64,000 nt of DNA, taken from a virus. The number at the start of each line of letters is the position of its first letter. Within the stretch, counting starts at the first letter, position 1. The position numbers were made by a program, and so were the translations under genes. Positions 1 through 9,893 of the stretch are shown here, one piece after another. The notes beneath the pieces are model-generated. The model saw only the letters and a program-made list of their open reading frames with translations, did not search any database and was not told the DNA's origin. The DNA lies in IMG/VR virus record IMGVR_UViG_3300028392_000038, positions 1-64,000 of that record; one strand, 5' to 3'.

Positions 1-140
1 CAAGGAAGATACGGAAGTCAATTATATGATCCTTTAAATCATGAAAAAACTAATAAAAGACAACAAGAAGTTATCAATAAAATAAGTGATAAGTGATAGA
101 ATACTCACTACTATTGACTTTGAAGGGACTTACCAAATTT

Positions 141-148
141 AATATATA
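141..148 (+). promoter_or_regulatory. AATATATA putative phage late promoter (representative of >20 copies)
   Basis: The same 8-mer, in the sense orientation, precedes most structural and putative cargo genes (listed in findings). Resembles the T4 late promoter TATAAATA. Confidence 0.65.
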
Positions 149-169
149 ATATAAATTTTATAATTTTTA

Positions 170-1873
170 ATGGCAACATATAATTCATTTGGACAAAACA
201 ATAATAATAGTAATTTTAACACGAATTCGGCAGTTGAAAACAAAGGTCTATTCAGTAGAATACTAAGAGGACTATCATCATATGGTATGAACTATGATGA
301 TATGATTGTTAGAAATCAAGTAGGTGTTGGTATTAATGAAGATCCATATTCAGCTAGAGGAAACTCAATGTATGATTTCTTTTCACAAAGAGCTGTGGCT
401 TCGGTTTTAAATAGAAAATCTATTCCTTACTTAGATAAGGCTTATGCTGATAAAAGAAGAATTCTTAGAGAATATTCTATTAAAGATGAATTAAGAGATT
501 TTATAAGTTCACTAGCAGATGAATGTATCGTGTATTCAGATGACAATGATTTCTGCTCACCTAAAGCTCTTTCTAATGATTATCCACAAGAGGTTCAAGA
601 TAAATACCAAGAATATTTTGAAAAGATATATAACAAATTTGGATTCTCTGATAGTATCACCGCTTGGATGATGATAAAAGATTTCTTAATAGATGGATAT
701 GTAGCTGTTGAGATTATTTATGATGACAAAAAGAAAAATATTATTGGATTTAATAGATTAAGACCCGAAACATTAGTTCCAGCATTTGAACCTAATATTG
801 GTCATCTTTGGATTCAATTTCCAGAAGATCCTCAACTAAGAAGAATATTCTTAGATTCTCAAATAGTTTATATTTCATATTCTACACAAAATGATTATTC
901 AGAAACATCTTATGTTGAAGGTTTAATTAAACCATATAATCAATTAAAGATTCTTGAGCAAACAAGAATTATGTTTAATATAATTAACGCTACAATTTAT
1001 CAAAAGTTTACTATTCCTATTAAAGGTATGTCTCGTCAAAGAGCTGAAGAACAAATCGGCCAATTAATTCATGATTACTCTGAAGAAGTTGAATGGGATG
1101 ACTCATTAGGAACTTTAACAATGAATGGTTCTAAACATTTACCATATAATAAACAAATCTGGTTCCCAGAAGGAGATGCAGGTACACCAAATATGGAATT
1201 AATGTCTCCAACAGGACATGACTTAAATGATGAAACTATGTTATCTTGGTTCTATAAGTCATTAAAGAGAGCTTCTAGAATACCTATGAATAGATTTGAA
1301 GCTGAGAATGGTGGTGGTAATTTAGTAACAGATGCTGCTGAGATGACAAGAGATGAGATTAAATTTTATAATTTTATCAATAGAATAAGAGCTAACTTTA
1401 AAGAGTTAATAGTTAAACCAATTAAATTACAAATGTTAATTGAGTTTCCTGAGTTAAAGCAAGATGAGAGATTTATAAATGAAGTAGATATTAAATTCAA
1501 TTCAAATCAAGTATTTGAAGAATGGAAGAAGATAGGTAATCTAGCTAAGAAATCTGAAATAGTTGGAACATTATTAGGTGTAATGAATGGTGAAAAACCT
1601 TACTTCCACATTGAATGGATTATGGATAGAATATTCAAATTAACACCAGAAGAAAAAGCAGAGAATCAAAAATACTGGGCTAAAGACGCAGGAGCTGGAG
1701 CAGGAGCTACTGCGGAAGGTCAAGCAACACCAGAAGGTGGAGAAGCTCAAGCAGCACCAGAAGGTGGTGGAGAAGCTCAAGCAGCACCAGAAGCTCAAGC
1801 AGCACCGGAAGCACAAGCAGCACCAGAAGCACCAGCTGAGGGTGGAGAAGCAAATTCTGAATTTGAGTTTTAA
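170..1873 (+). CDS. gp20: T4 gp20-like portal vertex protein
   Basis: 567 aa with gp20-like segments (LIKPYNQLKILEQ, W-F-PEG, FYKSLKRASRIP, RDEIKF..FI.R.R..F). Lies upstream of the protease and capsid genes. Ala/Glu/Pro-rich C-terminal tail. Confidence 0.9.
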   Translation: MATYNSFGQNNNNSNFNTNSAVENKGLFSRILRGLSSYGMNYDDMIVRNQVGVGINEDPYSARGNSMYDFFSQRAVASVLNRKSIPYLDKAYADKRRILREYSIKDELRDFISSLADECIVYSDDNDFCSPKALSNDYPQEVQDKYQEYFEKIYNKFGFSDSITAWMMIKDFLIDGYVAVEIIYDDKKKNIIGFNRLRPETLVPAFEPNIGHLWIQFPEDPQLRRIFLDSQIVYISYSTQNDYSETSYVEGLIKPYNQLKILEQTRIMFNIINATIYQKFTIPIKGMSRQRAEEQIGQLIHDYSEEVEWDDSLGTLTMNGSKHLPYNKQIWFPEGDAGTPNMELMSPTGHDLNDETMLSWFYKSLKRASRIPMNRFEAENGGGNLVTDAAEMTRDEIKFYNFINRIRANFKELIVKPIKLQMLIEFPELKQDERFINEVDIKFNSNQVFEEWKKIGNLAKKSEIVGTLLGVMNGEKPYFHIEWIMDRIFKLTPEEKAENQKYWAKDAGAGAGATAEGQATPEGGEAQAAPEGGGEAQAAPEAQAAPEAQAAPEAPAEGGEANSEFEF

Positions 1874-1891
1874 TTTTTAATATATAGAAAT

Positions 1892-2533
1892 ATGTATATT
1901 ATTTATGTATTGAGATGCCCCATTTCAAATGAAGTTAGATATGTTGGACAAACAAGAGCTAGAATAGAAAAACGATTAAGCAATCATATATGGGAATCTA
2001 AAAAGATTAAGAAAAAGTATTCTCATAAAGATAATTGGATTCTAAAACTATCTAAATTAGAACTAAAACCAATTATTGAAAAGATAGAAGAGATATCACT
2101 TGATTATAGTCTATCATATGTTTTAGAAAAAGAAACATATTGGATTTTGAAATATAGAAATAATTCTAATTTAGTAAATGCAACTGATGGTGGTGAATAT
2201 AGTATAAATAATAGACAAGGTATTCATAAACCGATGCACGGTGAAAATAATCCAATGTGGAATAAAAAACATAGCGATAGTGCCAAAAAAATTATGAGTG
2301 AAAAAAAATTTGGACTATATGATGGTATTAATAATCCAAGATCAAAGTCAATTTATCAGTATGATAAAAATTTAAAACTTTTGAAAAAATGGAGTTACGC
2401 AAAGGAATGTGCAGATTTTTATAAAATATCAAGAGGTAATATTTCAACAGCATCAAAATTTAATTCAACTAAAATAAAAGATAATAAATATATAACCTGT
2501 TCGGGTTTTATATTTTCCTTCGTACCTATATAA
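1892..2533 (+). mobile_element. Free-standing GIY-YIG homing endonuclease with NUMOD3/NUMOD1-like DNA-binding motifs
   Basis: N-terminal YIIYVL...RYVGQT..R...H, conserved E and N, then GENNPMWNKKHS and KSIYQYD motifs. Inserted directly after the portal gene. Confidence 0.8.
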
Positions 2534-2597
2534 AATTTTATTTAAATTAAATGGTAATTATTAAGTAAGATTGAAATCTCTCAATTGAAAGGTTTTT

Positions 2598-3032
2598 TTA
2601 TGCGGCTTGATTTGGAAAACTTATATAGAAATATATCATTGAATCAGATGCTTTATAATAGTCTAATATGAAATCAATATCAGCATCTATTAATGATTGT
2701 ATAGTCTTACCATATTCTGTATTCAATGATTCTATTCTAACTTCTAAACTAAGAACATCTTGATCTTTTATAAGAAAGAGAATCTCCTTTATAAGGAATG
2801 ATATTTTTTTTATTTCAACAATATGACCTGATTGTTCTAATAACCCATAGATAGGATTCTGAGCGGAATTTATATCTTCAATAAGATATTCTATTTTTTT
2901 TCCTTCTAATATAGATGATAATTTAATTTCTCTTTTGAATTGTGTCCAGTTTGAAAATGGACTTAAAATAGGTTCAAAATCAGAAATTTTAGAATCTTCT
3001 GGTATATTGACCTTTATTCTTTTAGTTATCAT
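2598..3032 (-). CDS. Hypothetical protein with RExKLxxIL motif
   Basis: 144-aa ORF coupled to the upstream ORF; contains KREIKLSSIL. Confidence 0.6.
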   Translation of the reverse strand: MITKRIKVNIPEDSKISDFEPILSPFSNWTQFKREIKLSSILEGKKIEYLIEDINSAQNPIYGLLEQSGHIVEIKKISFLIKEILFLIKDQDVLSLEVRIESLNTEYGKTIQSLIDADIDFILDYYKASDSMIYFYISFPNQAA

Positions 3033-3417
3033 TTATTATTTTATCTTTCTTAGATATATTATCTACTCCATATTTTTCCATAAGAGTATTTTGCATTTTT
3101 GAAAGAACTTTTTTATTCTGAATCGGATAATCAACACCAAAGTTTTCTCTTAGTGTTTTTTTTCTTTTAACCTCTGAACATTTTCTACAATAGTATTCAC
3201 CCCACTTATTATCATACTTAACATAGTTTTTGAATATAACTTGTTTTTCAACACCACATCCATCACACTGACAATTTATCTTATAATGAGACCCCTTAGA
3301 CATTAATTCAATAGGAATTACTATTTCTTCACCTATAGTGACATCATATCCCAAATCATCATAGTATTGATAATTTGATTCATTTATTTTAATATTTATC
3401 TCTCTAGTTAGGATCAT
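3022..3417 (-). CDS. Zinc-ribbon protein (CxxC..CxxC plus KKT..E.FGV/KYGV repeats typical of endonuclease-associated DNA-binding modules)
   Basis: CQCDGC and YCRKC motifs. The start is likely the ATG at 3417 rather than 3468. Confidence 0.6.
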   Translation of the reverse strand: MILTREINIKINESNYQYYDDLGYDVTIGEEIVIPIELMSKGSHYKINCQCDGCGVEKQVIFKNYVKYDNKWGEYYCRKCSEVKRKKTLRENFGVDYPIQNKKVLSKMQNTLMEKYGVDNISKKDKIINDN

Positions 3418-3506
3418 AAAAAACCACTCAATTTCTTTATTTATTAAAAATGGTCCTCTTCCTACCATGTCACCTAAACATTTTATTTATCAGATGTCTT
3501 GAAAAA

Positions 3507-3547
3507 CTATAAAAAATCCACCTTTATTAAAATAGGATTTTTTATAG
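3507..3547. promoter_or_regulatory. 13-bp perfect inverted repeat / CTATAAAAAATCCAC box upstream of the protease-scaffold gene
   Basis: CTATAAAAAATCC-N15-GGATTTTTTATAG. The left 15-mer recurs at 5702-5716. Confidence 0.6.
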
Positions 3548-3585
3548 GCAATATATACTACACGACAAAAAATAAATTATTTTAA

Positions 3586-5700
3586 ATGAAACCAGTTTTA
3601 ATTGTAGAAAATTCAACTACATCTCTTATTAGAGAGAGTAGCACTGGTAAGAAGGATTATATAATGGGTGGAACATTCACAGAATTCGGAGTAAAAAACC
3701 GAAATGAAAGAGTATACACTGCTGATAAATTTCTTCCTGCTTTAGAAGAACTTAATGAAAGAATGAACACACTTGGTGCTGTTTATGGTGAGTTTGATCA
3801 TCCAGATGTATTTGATACATCACTTTCAAGAGCTTCTCACATAATCACCAAAGCTGATTATGTAAAAGAATCTAACCTGATTTCAGGTGAGATTAGATTA
3901 CTAAGTACTTACTGGGGTAAAGAGGCTAAATCATTAGTAGATGATGGATGTCCTGTATTCGTTTCTTCAAGAGCGGCAGGTATCACAGAAGCTGATGGTT
4001 CAGTTGCATTAAAAAAATTATTCACTTATGATATTGTTGCTGACCCAGGTTTTGCATCAGCTAAAATGAGTGTAAAAGTTCTTAATGAATCTTTAGGATA
4101 CACAAACCCAAAATCTAACTTCAGGATATATGAAATGTCCGATGAGTCAAAAATTAACGAATTATTTAACATGAACAAAAGTGATTATGTTACAAAGCAA
4201 CAATTAACTGACTACTCTAAGTACTTAGTTAATGAACTAGCTTCTACTAAGAAAGAAGTTAAAGGCGCAATTTCTAAAGGCAATATGAATCCTAAGAAAT
4301 TAGAGCAACTATTAGAATACTATGAAGAATTAAATACAACTAATTCTCAAGTAGTTAAATATTTAGATTATTTAGCTGAGAAGTTTCAAGTTATGGTTAA
4401 TGAAAATAAATCATTAAAAGAAACTGCTGATAAACTAATTAAACACAATGACTATCTAGCTGAAAGTCTTGAAAAATCAATCAACTATTCTGAATATTTA
4501 GGTGAGAACTTAGATAAGAATATTGCTTACTCTGAATACTTAGCTGAAAGTTTAGATAAGAACATTTCTTATTCTGAATACATCGCTGAAAATTTAGATA
4601 AGAATATCGCTTATTCTGAATACATCGCTGAAAGTTTAGATAAGAACATTGCTTATTCTGAATACATCGCTGAAAACTTAGACAAAAATATTTCTTACTC
4701 TGAATACTTAGCTGAGCATGTTGATAATTCAATTGCTTATTCTGAATATTTAGCTGAGCATGTTGAAGGTAACATCGCTTATTCTGAGTATATCGCTGAA
4801 CATTTAGATGACAATATTGCTTATTCTGAATACATCGCTGAAAACTTAGACAAATCAATTTCTTACCAAGGAATGATTGTAGAAAGATTAAACGGTTCTA
4901 AATTAAATGAAAACTTTGGAAGTGAAGAATCTTTTCCTTCATTAGACGCTGCTGGATTTGAAGTTGTAGAAAATGAAAAAGAAGAAGAAAAAGAAGAAGT
5001 GATGAATGGTATTGCACCAGCTCACGAAGAAGAAGCTTATGATAAAGAAGAATCACACACAGAAGAAGAAATAATGAATGGTATTGCACCAGCTCATGAA
5101 GAAGAAGCTTATAATAAAGAAGAAAATGAAGAAAAAGAAGAAGAAAAAGAAGAAGAAGTTTACATGAATAATATGAACACTGAATCTGAATTATCTGAAT
5201 CTATTAATAAATTAATTGAAGAAGCTAAAAAACGTAAGGTTTCTGAAACAACTGACTTGAATTTTTTAAAGTTCTTAAACAAGTCACAAGTTGACAGCTT
5301 TTATGCACTATCAGATGAAGAACAGGAAACTGTTAAATTTCACATAAACGAAAGAAGTTATTTCACACAGAAAGAAGTACTTACTCTGATCGCTGAAGCG
5401 TTATCTACAAAGAATGAATCTCTTGAAGAAAGAGTAATCAGATTGATGCCTGAAAACATTAAGCCAATCTGGGAACAGTTAAATGACTCTTCTAAAAAAT
5501 CTGCGCTTTCACAAGCTAGATTATATCCTGAAGATGTATTAAAAACTGAAAATCAAGTTGAACATTTCTGGTTAACTAGAAATTTCAAGAAAAATGAATC
5601 TGTAACTAAAAAGTTAGTAGCTCACGAAAGTTTAATTCAAGAAGATAAACTTTCTGACAAAGATGTTACTGCAATTATGGAAAGATTCAAAAACATCTAA
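3586..5700 (+). CDS. gp21: Prohead protease (T4 gp21-like) fused to a scaffold/core (gp22-like) region
   Basis: N-terminal KNRNERVY, GEFDHP, SH, VSSRAAG, TYDIVADPG gp21 motifs, followed by coiled-coil, 14-aa repeats and an acidic region. Confidence 0.88.
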   Translation: MKPVLIVENSTTSLIRESSTGKKDYIMGGTFTEFGVKNRNERVYTADKFLPALEELNERMNTLGAVYGEFDHPDVFDTSLSRASHIITKADYVKESNLISGEIRLLSTYWGKEAKSLVDDGCPVFVSSRAAGITEADGSVALKKLFTYDIVADPGFASAKMSVKVLNESLGYTNPKSNFRIYEMSDESKINELFNMNKSDYVTKQQLTDYSKYLVNELASTKKEVKGAISKGNMNPKKLEQLLEYYEELNTTNSQVVKYLDYLAEKFQVMVNENKSLKETADKLIKHNDYLAESLEKSINYSEYLGENLDKNIAYSEYLAESLDKNISYSEYIAENLDKNIAYSEYIAESLDKNIAYSEYIAENLDKNISYSEYLAEHVDNSIAYSEYLAEHVEGNIAYSEYIAEHLDDNIAYSEYIAENLDKSISYQGMIVERLNGSKLNENFGSEESFPSLDAAGFEVVENEKEEEKEEVMNGIAPAHEEEAYDKEESHTEEEIMNGIAPAHEEEAYNKEENEEKEEEKEEEVYMNNMNTESELSESINKLIEEAKKRKVSETTDLNFLKFLNKSQVDSFYALSDEEQETVKFHINERSYFTQKEVLTLIAEALSTKNESLEERVIRLMPENIKPIWEQLNDSSKKSALSQARLYPEDVLKTENQVEHFWLTRNFKKNESVTKKLVAHESLIQEDKLSDKDVTAIMERFKNI
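4450..4866 (+). repeat. 42-bp coding tandem repeat (IAYSEYIAENLDKN, 9 full YSEY units plus partial units)
   Basis: Visible in both DNA and protein. Confidence 0.9.
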
Positions 5701-5701
5701 T

Positions 5702-5716
5702 CTATAAAAAATCCAC
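5702..5716 (+). promoter_or_regulatory. Second CTATAAAAAATCCAC box upstream of the major capsid gene
   Basis: Identical to 3507-3521. Both start exactly 43 nt before an AATATATA motif. Confidence 0.6.
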
Positions 5717-5779
5717 TCTTGAAAAATAAGAGTTTTAAGAGGAGAATATATAGATCATAAAAAAAAATAATAAAATAAT

Positions 5780-7501
5780 ATGTCACACATTAGAATAGAC
5801 AAACAAAAAGCAGTTAAGAAGTGGTCTCCAGTATTAGAGAACATGGGTGTAACTGGCGAAAGAGCTGAATGGATGGCTGAATATGCTGAATTTCACTCAA
5901 TCAATGAAAATGCGTATGTAAACGCATCAAACGTAGGCGGTATGGGAGCAGTATTAAACCCAGTACTTGGCGCAAATAACCTACCTGGAACAACAAATGG
6001 TTCAGCATGGTCAAACGGTGGCGGTCTCGCAGGTTCAGGGGATGTAGGTCAAAACTTACTTCCAGTAGCTATGAAAATTGCAGCTCAAACAATCGGTTTA
6101 GATTTAGTAGCTGTAAAACCAACTCCAGGTCCAAAAATTGACTTACTTTATATTGATTTTCAATATGATGATACAGTTTCTAACGAAAGACCTCAAGTTT
6201 TCAAAGTTGACGCAACTAATATTACAACTATCAACGCAGCTTTAACAGCTGGTTTATCAGCATCTAGCATTAGACAAAATTCTGGTGGTTTACAAAACGG
6301 TAGATTATGGACTGCATTAAACTTCACAGTTCAATCAGCATCACCTTTCAGTGGAGCTGGTTACTTAGCAGGAGCACAAACTGATTCATCTTTCACATCT
6401 AAAGCAGGTGTAGTTGAATTTTTAGGTTTCTCTCGTATTGACGGACAACCTATGTTCAAAGCTTACAGACAAGCTAATACTGCTGGTCAATTAAATTACT
6501 TCGCATTTGATGCTACATTAAACACATTCGACGCTTCTCAGACTTTAGTAGCTGGTGTTGCTAGAATTGCTGGTATAACTGTATCTAGTTGTGCAATCAG
6601 TTTAGTTTCAGCTTTAGAAGATCATATCCCAGGTTTCTCTGCAAACTGGTCAATGAATACTGCTGGAAACGCAGGTTATGCACAAGGTGCTTACCCAATG
6701 GACAGAAGTGAAGATGATAACTCATATGCAGGTGTTATCGGACCAAAAATTTCTTCTAAAACTATTGCAGTTGGTACTATTGAAGTATCTTCAGCTCTAA
6801 GAAGAACTGAAATTGAAGATATCAAAGCTAACACAGGTATGGATATCGTTCAAAAAATGGAGTCAATCCTTGTTAACGAATTATCTCAAACAATCTCTAA
6901 ACAAATTGTTGCTAAGATTTTCGAAATGGGTGCTCTAAACGCAACTAACGCTCCAGCTTCTACAGCAGGTGGGTCAGCTACAACTATTTTTGACTTAGAT
7001 ACAGCTTATGCTACATCTACTTTAGGTGGTGAAACTACTCACGCAGTTCAAAGAAAATTAGTTACTAAGATTGCTCACGCGTCTAACTACATCGCAACTG
7101 AAGGACGTGTTGGTCCAGCTCAATACCTTATCACAAACGGAGGTCTTGCTGCAGCTTTATCTGATATCTCTGGTTACACAATTAACCCAGTTAAATCTAA
7201 GATGAACTCTCAAGGTCAACTTTACCCAGTAGGTTCTATTGGAGATATTTCAATCTATGTTGATCCATATATGAAGTATAATGACAACAGAATCGTTCTT
7301 GGTAGAAAGAACAATCCTGACCAACCAGGTATCATTTTCGTACCTTATTTAATGGCTCAGTCTATCTCTGTAATTTCTGAAGCGACTTTCGCACCAAGAA
7401 TGTTACTAAGATCAAGATATGCAGTTGCTGAAGTGGGTTGGTATCCTCAAAAACAATTTATGACTATTACAGTTACAGATGCTAAACAGTACCTTAACTA
7501 A
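5780..7501 (+). CDS. gp23: Major capsid protein (T4 gp23-like)
   Basis: KKWSPVLE N-terminus, DLVAVKP, IYVDPY, GIIFVPY, TFAPRMLLRSRYA gp23-like motifs. Codon usage typical of a highly expressed gene. Confidence 0.92.
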   Translation: MSHIRIDKQKAVKKWSPVLENMGVTGERAEWMAEYAEFHSINENAYVNASNVGGMGAVLNPVLGANNLPGTTNGSAWSNGGGLAGSGDVGQNLLPVAMKIAAQTIGLDLVAVKPTPGPKIDLLYIDFQYDDTVSNERPQVFKVDATNITTINAALTAGLSASSIRQNSGGLQNGRLWTALNFTVQSASPFSGAGYLAGAQTDSSFTSKAGVVEFLGFSRIDGQPMFKAYRQANTAGQLNYFAFDATLNTFDASQTLVAGVARIAGITVSSCAISLVSALEDHIPGFSANWSMNTAGNAGYAQGAYPMDRSEDDNSYAGVIGPKISSKTIAVGTIEVSSALRRTEIEDIKANTGMDIVQKMESILVNELSQTISKQIVAKIFEMGALNATNAPASTAGGSATTIFDLDTAYATSTLGGETTHAVQRKLVTKIAHASNYIATEGRVGPAQYLITNGGLAAALSDISGYTINPVKSKMNSQGQLYPVGSIGDISIYVDPYMKYNDNRIVLGRKNNPDQPGIIFVPYLMAQSISVISEATFAPRMLLRSRYAVAEVGWYPQKQFMTITVTDAKQYLN

Positions 7502-7530
7502 TAACTAATCATAAAATGATTATAATTTTG

Positions 7531-7556
7531 AAAAAAGACTCTTCGGAGTCTTTTTT
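7531..7556 (+). terminator. Intrinsic terminator with a cUUCGg tetraloop
   Basis: AAAAAAGACTC-TTCG-GAGTCTTTTTT after the capsid gene. Confidence 0.9.
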
Positions 7557-7582
7557 CTTTTTAAATAATTAATATATACAAT

Positions 7583-7999
7583 ATGAAACATATTAATAAT
7601 TTCAAATTATATTTAGAATCAAAAAAGGATAAATTTCCAAATATACAAAAGAAGGAAATAGATGGATTTACAGTCTATATTGGTAAAGATGCCAAGTCTA
7701 ATGATTATCTAACATTTAATATGGCTGATAATGATGATATATGGATGCATGTAAAAGGTATACCAGGTAGTCATGTTGTAGTTAAAACAAAAGAAATATC
7801 ATCAACTAAAGAAATGTTTATACCCTCTAAAGAAATTTTAAGAAAAGCAGCAGAATTAGCTAAAAAGAATAGCAAGTCTCCAAAAGATGAAAAATCAACA
7901 GTTGTTTATTGTCAAAGAAAGTTTGTTAAGAAAGAAAAAGGAATGAATGATGGTCAAGTCAAAGTAGATTATGTTAATTCCTACGAAATTATAATTTAA
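7583..7999 (+). CDS. Stand-alone NFACT-R (RqcH/FbpA C-terminal-like) RNA-binding domain protein
   Basis: IGKDAKSNDYLT, DIWMHVKGIPGSHVVV, AAELA..NS and V.Y.....VKK...G.V motifs. Confidence 0.85.
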   Translation: MKHINNFKLYLESKKDKFPNIQKKEIDGFTVYIGKDAKSNDYLTFNMADNDDIWMHVKGIPGSHVVVKTKEISSTKEMFIPSKEILRKAAELAKKNSKSPKDEKSTVVYCQRKFVKKEKGMNDGQVKVDYVNSYEIII

Positions 8000-8034
8000 T
8001 ATTTAATATATACTCTAATAAAATTATTATAGAA

Positions 8035-9384
8035 ATGGCAGATCAAACACCAGAAAGAATTAAAATGATATTTACTGAAGAATTTTATAACATTCTAAAA
8101 AAATTAGAAGCTGAAAATAATTATTTAGCCTTTGAATTACTTTGGATGATTGAACCAGATTCTAAATTTCACAATGGATTAAAAATATCAAAAGTAGATG
8201 TATCTAAACAAGATTGGTCATTTGATGTAACAGTAGATGGCAAAGTTATACCTATGAAAATAGGTAAATTTGTGAGATATTATTTTGCAGGAATAATAAG
8301 TGATAAAGAAGCTAGTGAATTTTCAAGATTATATAATAAAATAAGAAAAGGAGAACCTGTTCAACCAGGAAATCAAATTGAAATTAAAGAATTTTCTTAT
8401 AATCCAAAAGATGTTAGGTCTACATTCCTTTCTTTAGTTACTAAAACATATCCACACGGACATGAAGATGAAGTTCTTAAATTCTTACCTTCTTTACAAA
8501 AAGATGAAGTAGGAAACTATTATAAAATAATAGGTAAAACTCCTCAAACAATGTTTACATCTCACTTAGACACAGCCGATAGAGAACAAAAAGATACTAA
8601 ACTATACTCTATGATTGAGAATGATGAGGAGTATATTGTAACAGATGAAAGTACTATATTAGGAGCAGATGATAAGTCTGGTGTGGCAGTAATGTTATAT
8701 ATGATGTCACATAATATACCAGGTCTTTATTACTTCTTTATAGGAGAAGAAAGAGGTGGTATTGGTTCAAATAAGTTATCTAGAATATACGATACAGTAT
8801 CTTATTTAAAGGAAATTAAAAGATGTGTTTCATTTGATAGAAGAAATTATCATTCTGTTATTACTTCACAATTAGGAAGAAGATGTTGTTCTGATGAGTT
8901 TGGAACTGCTTTATGTAAAGAATATAACAAAAATGGACTAGATTTATCATTAGATCCTACAGGAATATACACAGATTCGGCATCATTTATAGATGATATT
9001 AGAGAATGTACTAATATATCAGTAGGTTATTTTCATGAACACACTGGTCAAGAATATCAAAATATGAATTATCTTATCTCACTATGCGAGGCTTCTATAA
9101 AAGTTAATTGGAATTCACTACCAACAATAAGAAAAGTTGGTATAAATCAAGAAATTATACAAAAACACAAAGGATTAATTGCTGATGTTAAATCAACAGT
9201 ATTTGAATTAGAAGTTAAAATGATTGGAGATAATGGTAAAGTCTTTATAAGAGTAGATTTAGATGATTCTGATATAGAATCAATATCTGATGGGTTATCA
9301 TCATTAAAATCACTTCTAATGAAATATAAAATGGATCCAGATATTATTTTTGATGGAACATATCTAAAAATTGAATTGAAATAA
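8035..9384 (+). CDS. M28/M20-family zinc peptidase with extra N-terminal domain
   Basis: SHLDT, GADDKSG, GEE, SFDR, YTDS and HEH metal-binding motifs. Confidence 0.8.
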   Translation: MADQTPERIKMIFTEEFYNILKKLEAENNYLAFELLWMIEPDSKFHNGLKISKVDVSKQDWSFDVTVDGKVIPMKIGKFVRYYFAGIISDKEASEFSRLYNKIRKGEPVQPGNQIEIKEFSYNPKDVRSTFLSLVTKTYPHGHEDEVLKFLPSLQKDEVGNYYKIIGKTPQTMFTSHLDTADREQKDTKLYSMIENDEEYIVTDESTILGADDKSGVAVMLYMMSHNIPGLYYFFIGEERGGIGSNKLSRIYDTVSYLKEIKRCVSFDRRNYHSVITSQLGRRCCSDEFGTALCKEYNKNGLDLSLDPTGIYTDSASFIDDIRECTNISVGYFHEHTGQEYQNMNYLISLCEASIKVNWNSLPTIRKVGINQEIIQKHKGLIADVKSTVFELEVKMIGDNGKVFIRVDLDDSDIESISDGLSSLKSLLMKYKMDPDIIFDGTYLKIELK

Positions 9385-9385
9385 T

Positions 9386-9838
9386 ATGAAACTAAAGAAT
9401 TATAAAGAACTATTCGAAAAATACGAGGATACTGATTATGATGATGAGTCATATTATAATGATGATGAATATCTTTTTGGTAGACCAAATCATTCAAAGA
9501 AAGGAACCGAAGAAGAAGAGGAAGAGGAAGAAATGATTGGTGATTCTGATATGGATAACCTTCTATATTTATTAAGAACTATGTTCAAGAATAAAGGTAT
9601 TAAAGATGTTTATGTTGAACATGATGAACTTGATATAACAATATCAGTTACTATGGGTTATAGAGAAAAGATAGAATCAATTATTAGTGTTTTTGATACA
9701 GCTAAAAGATTGAAAAGAGATATTCTACCTCAATATGATTCAGAATTTGAAATGTGGGAAACTAAAGATGGTAAACCACTTCTAGTATTTAACTTCTATT
9801 ATGGAGAAGGATTAGAAGATGATAATACTCCTTTTTAA
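9386..9838 (+). CDS. Acidic hypothetical protein with capsid-targeting-like N-terminus
   Basis: Starts MKLKNYKELFE; contains a poly-Glu tract. Confidence 0.7.
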   Translation: MKLKNYKELFEKYEDTDYDDESYYNDDEYLFGRPNHSKKGTEEEEEEEEMIGDSDMDNLLYLLRTMFKNKGIKDVYVEHDELDITISVTMGYREKIESIISVFDTAKRLKRDILPQYDSEFEMWETKDGKPLLVFNFYYGEGLEDDNTPF

Positions 9839-9893
9839 TTTTAAATTAAACTTTTTTGACTTTTAGAATATTATATATATTACAACAACACTT

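Noticed and set aside
117-129. ACTTTGAAGGGAC resembling ACTTCGGAGGGAA (10968-10980) upstream of late boxes
   Set aside because: Only two imperfect copies with slightly different spacing; insufficient support.
4450-5089. 42-bp repeats as a CRISPR array; antisense ORFs 4481-4858 and 4898-5089
   Set aside because: In-frame protein repeats with synonymous variation; the antisense ORFs are by-products.
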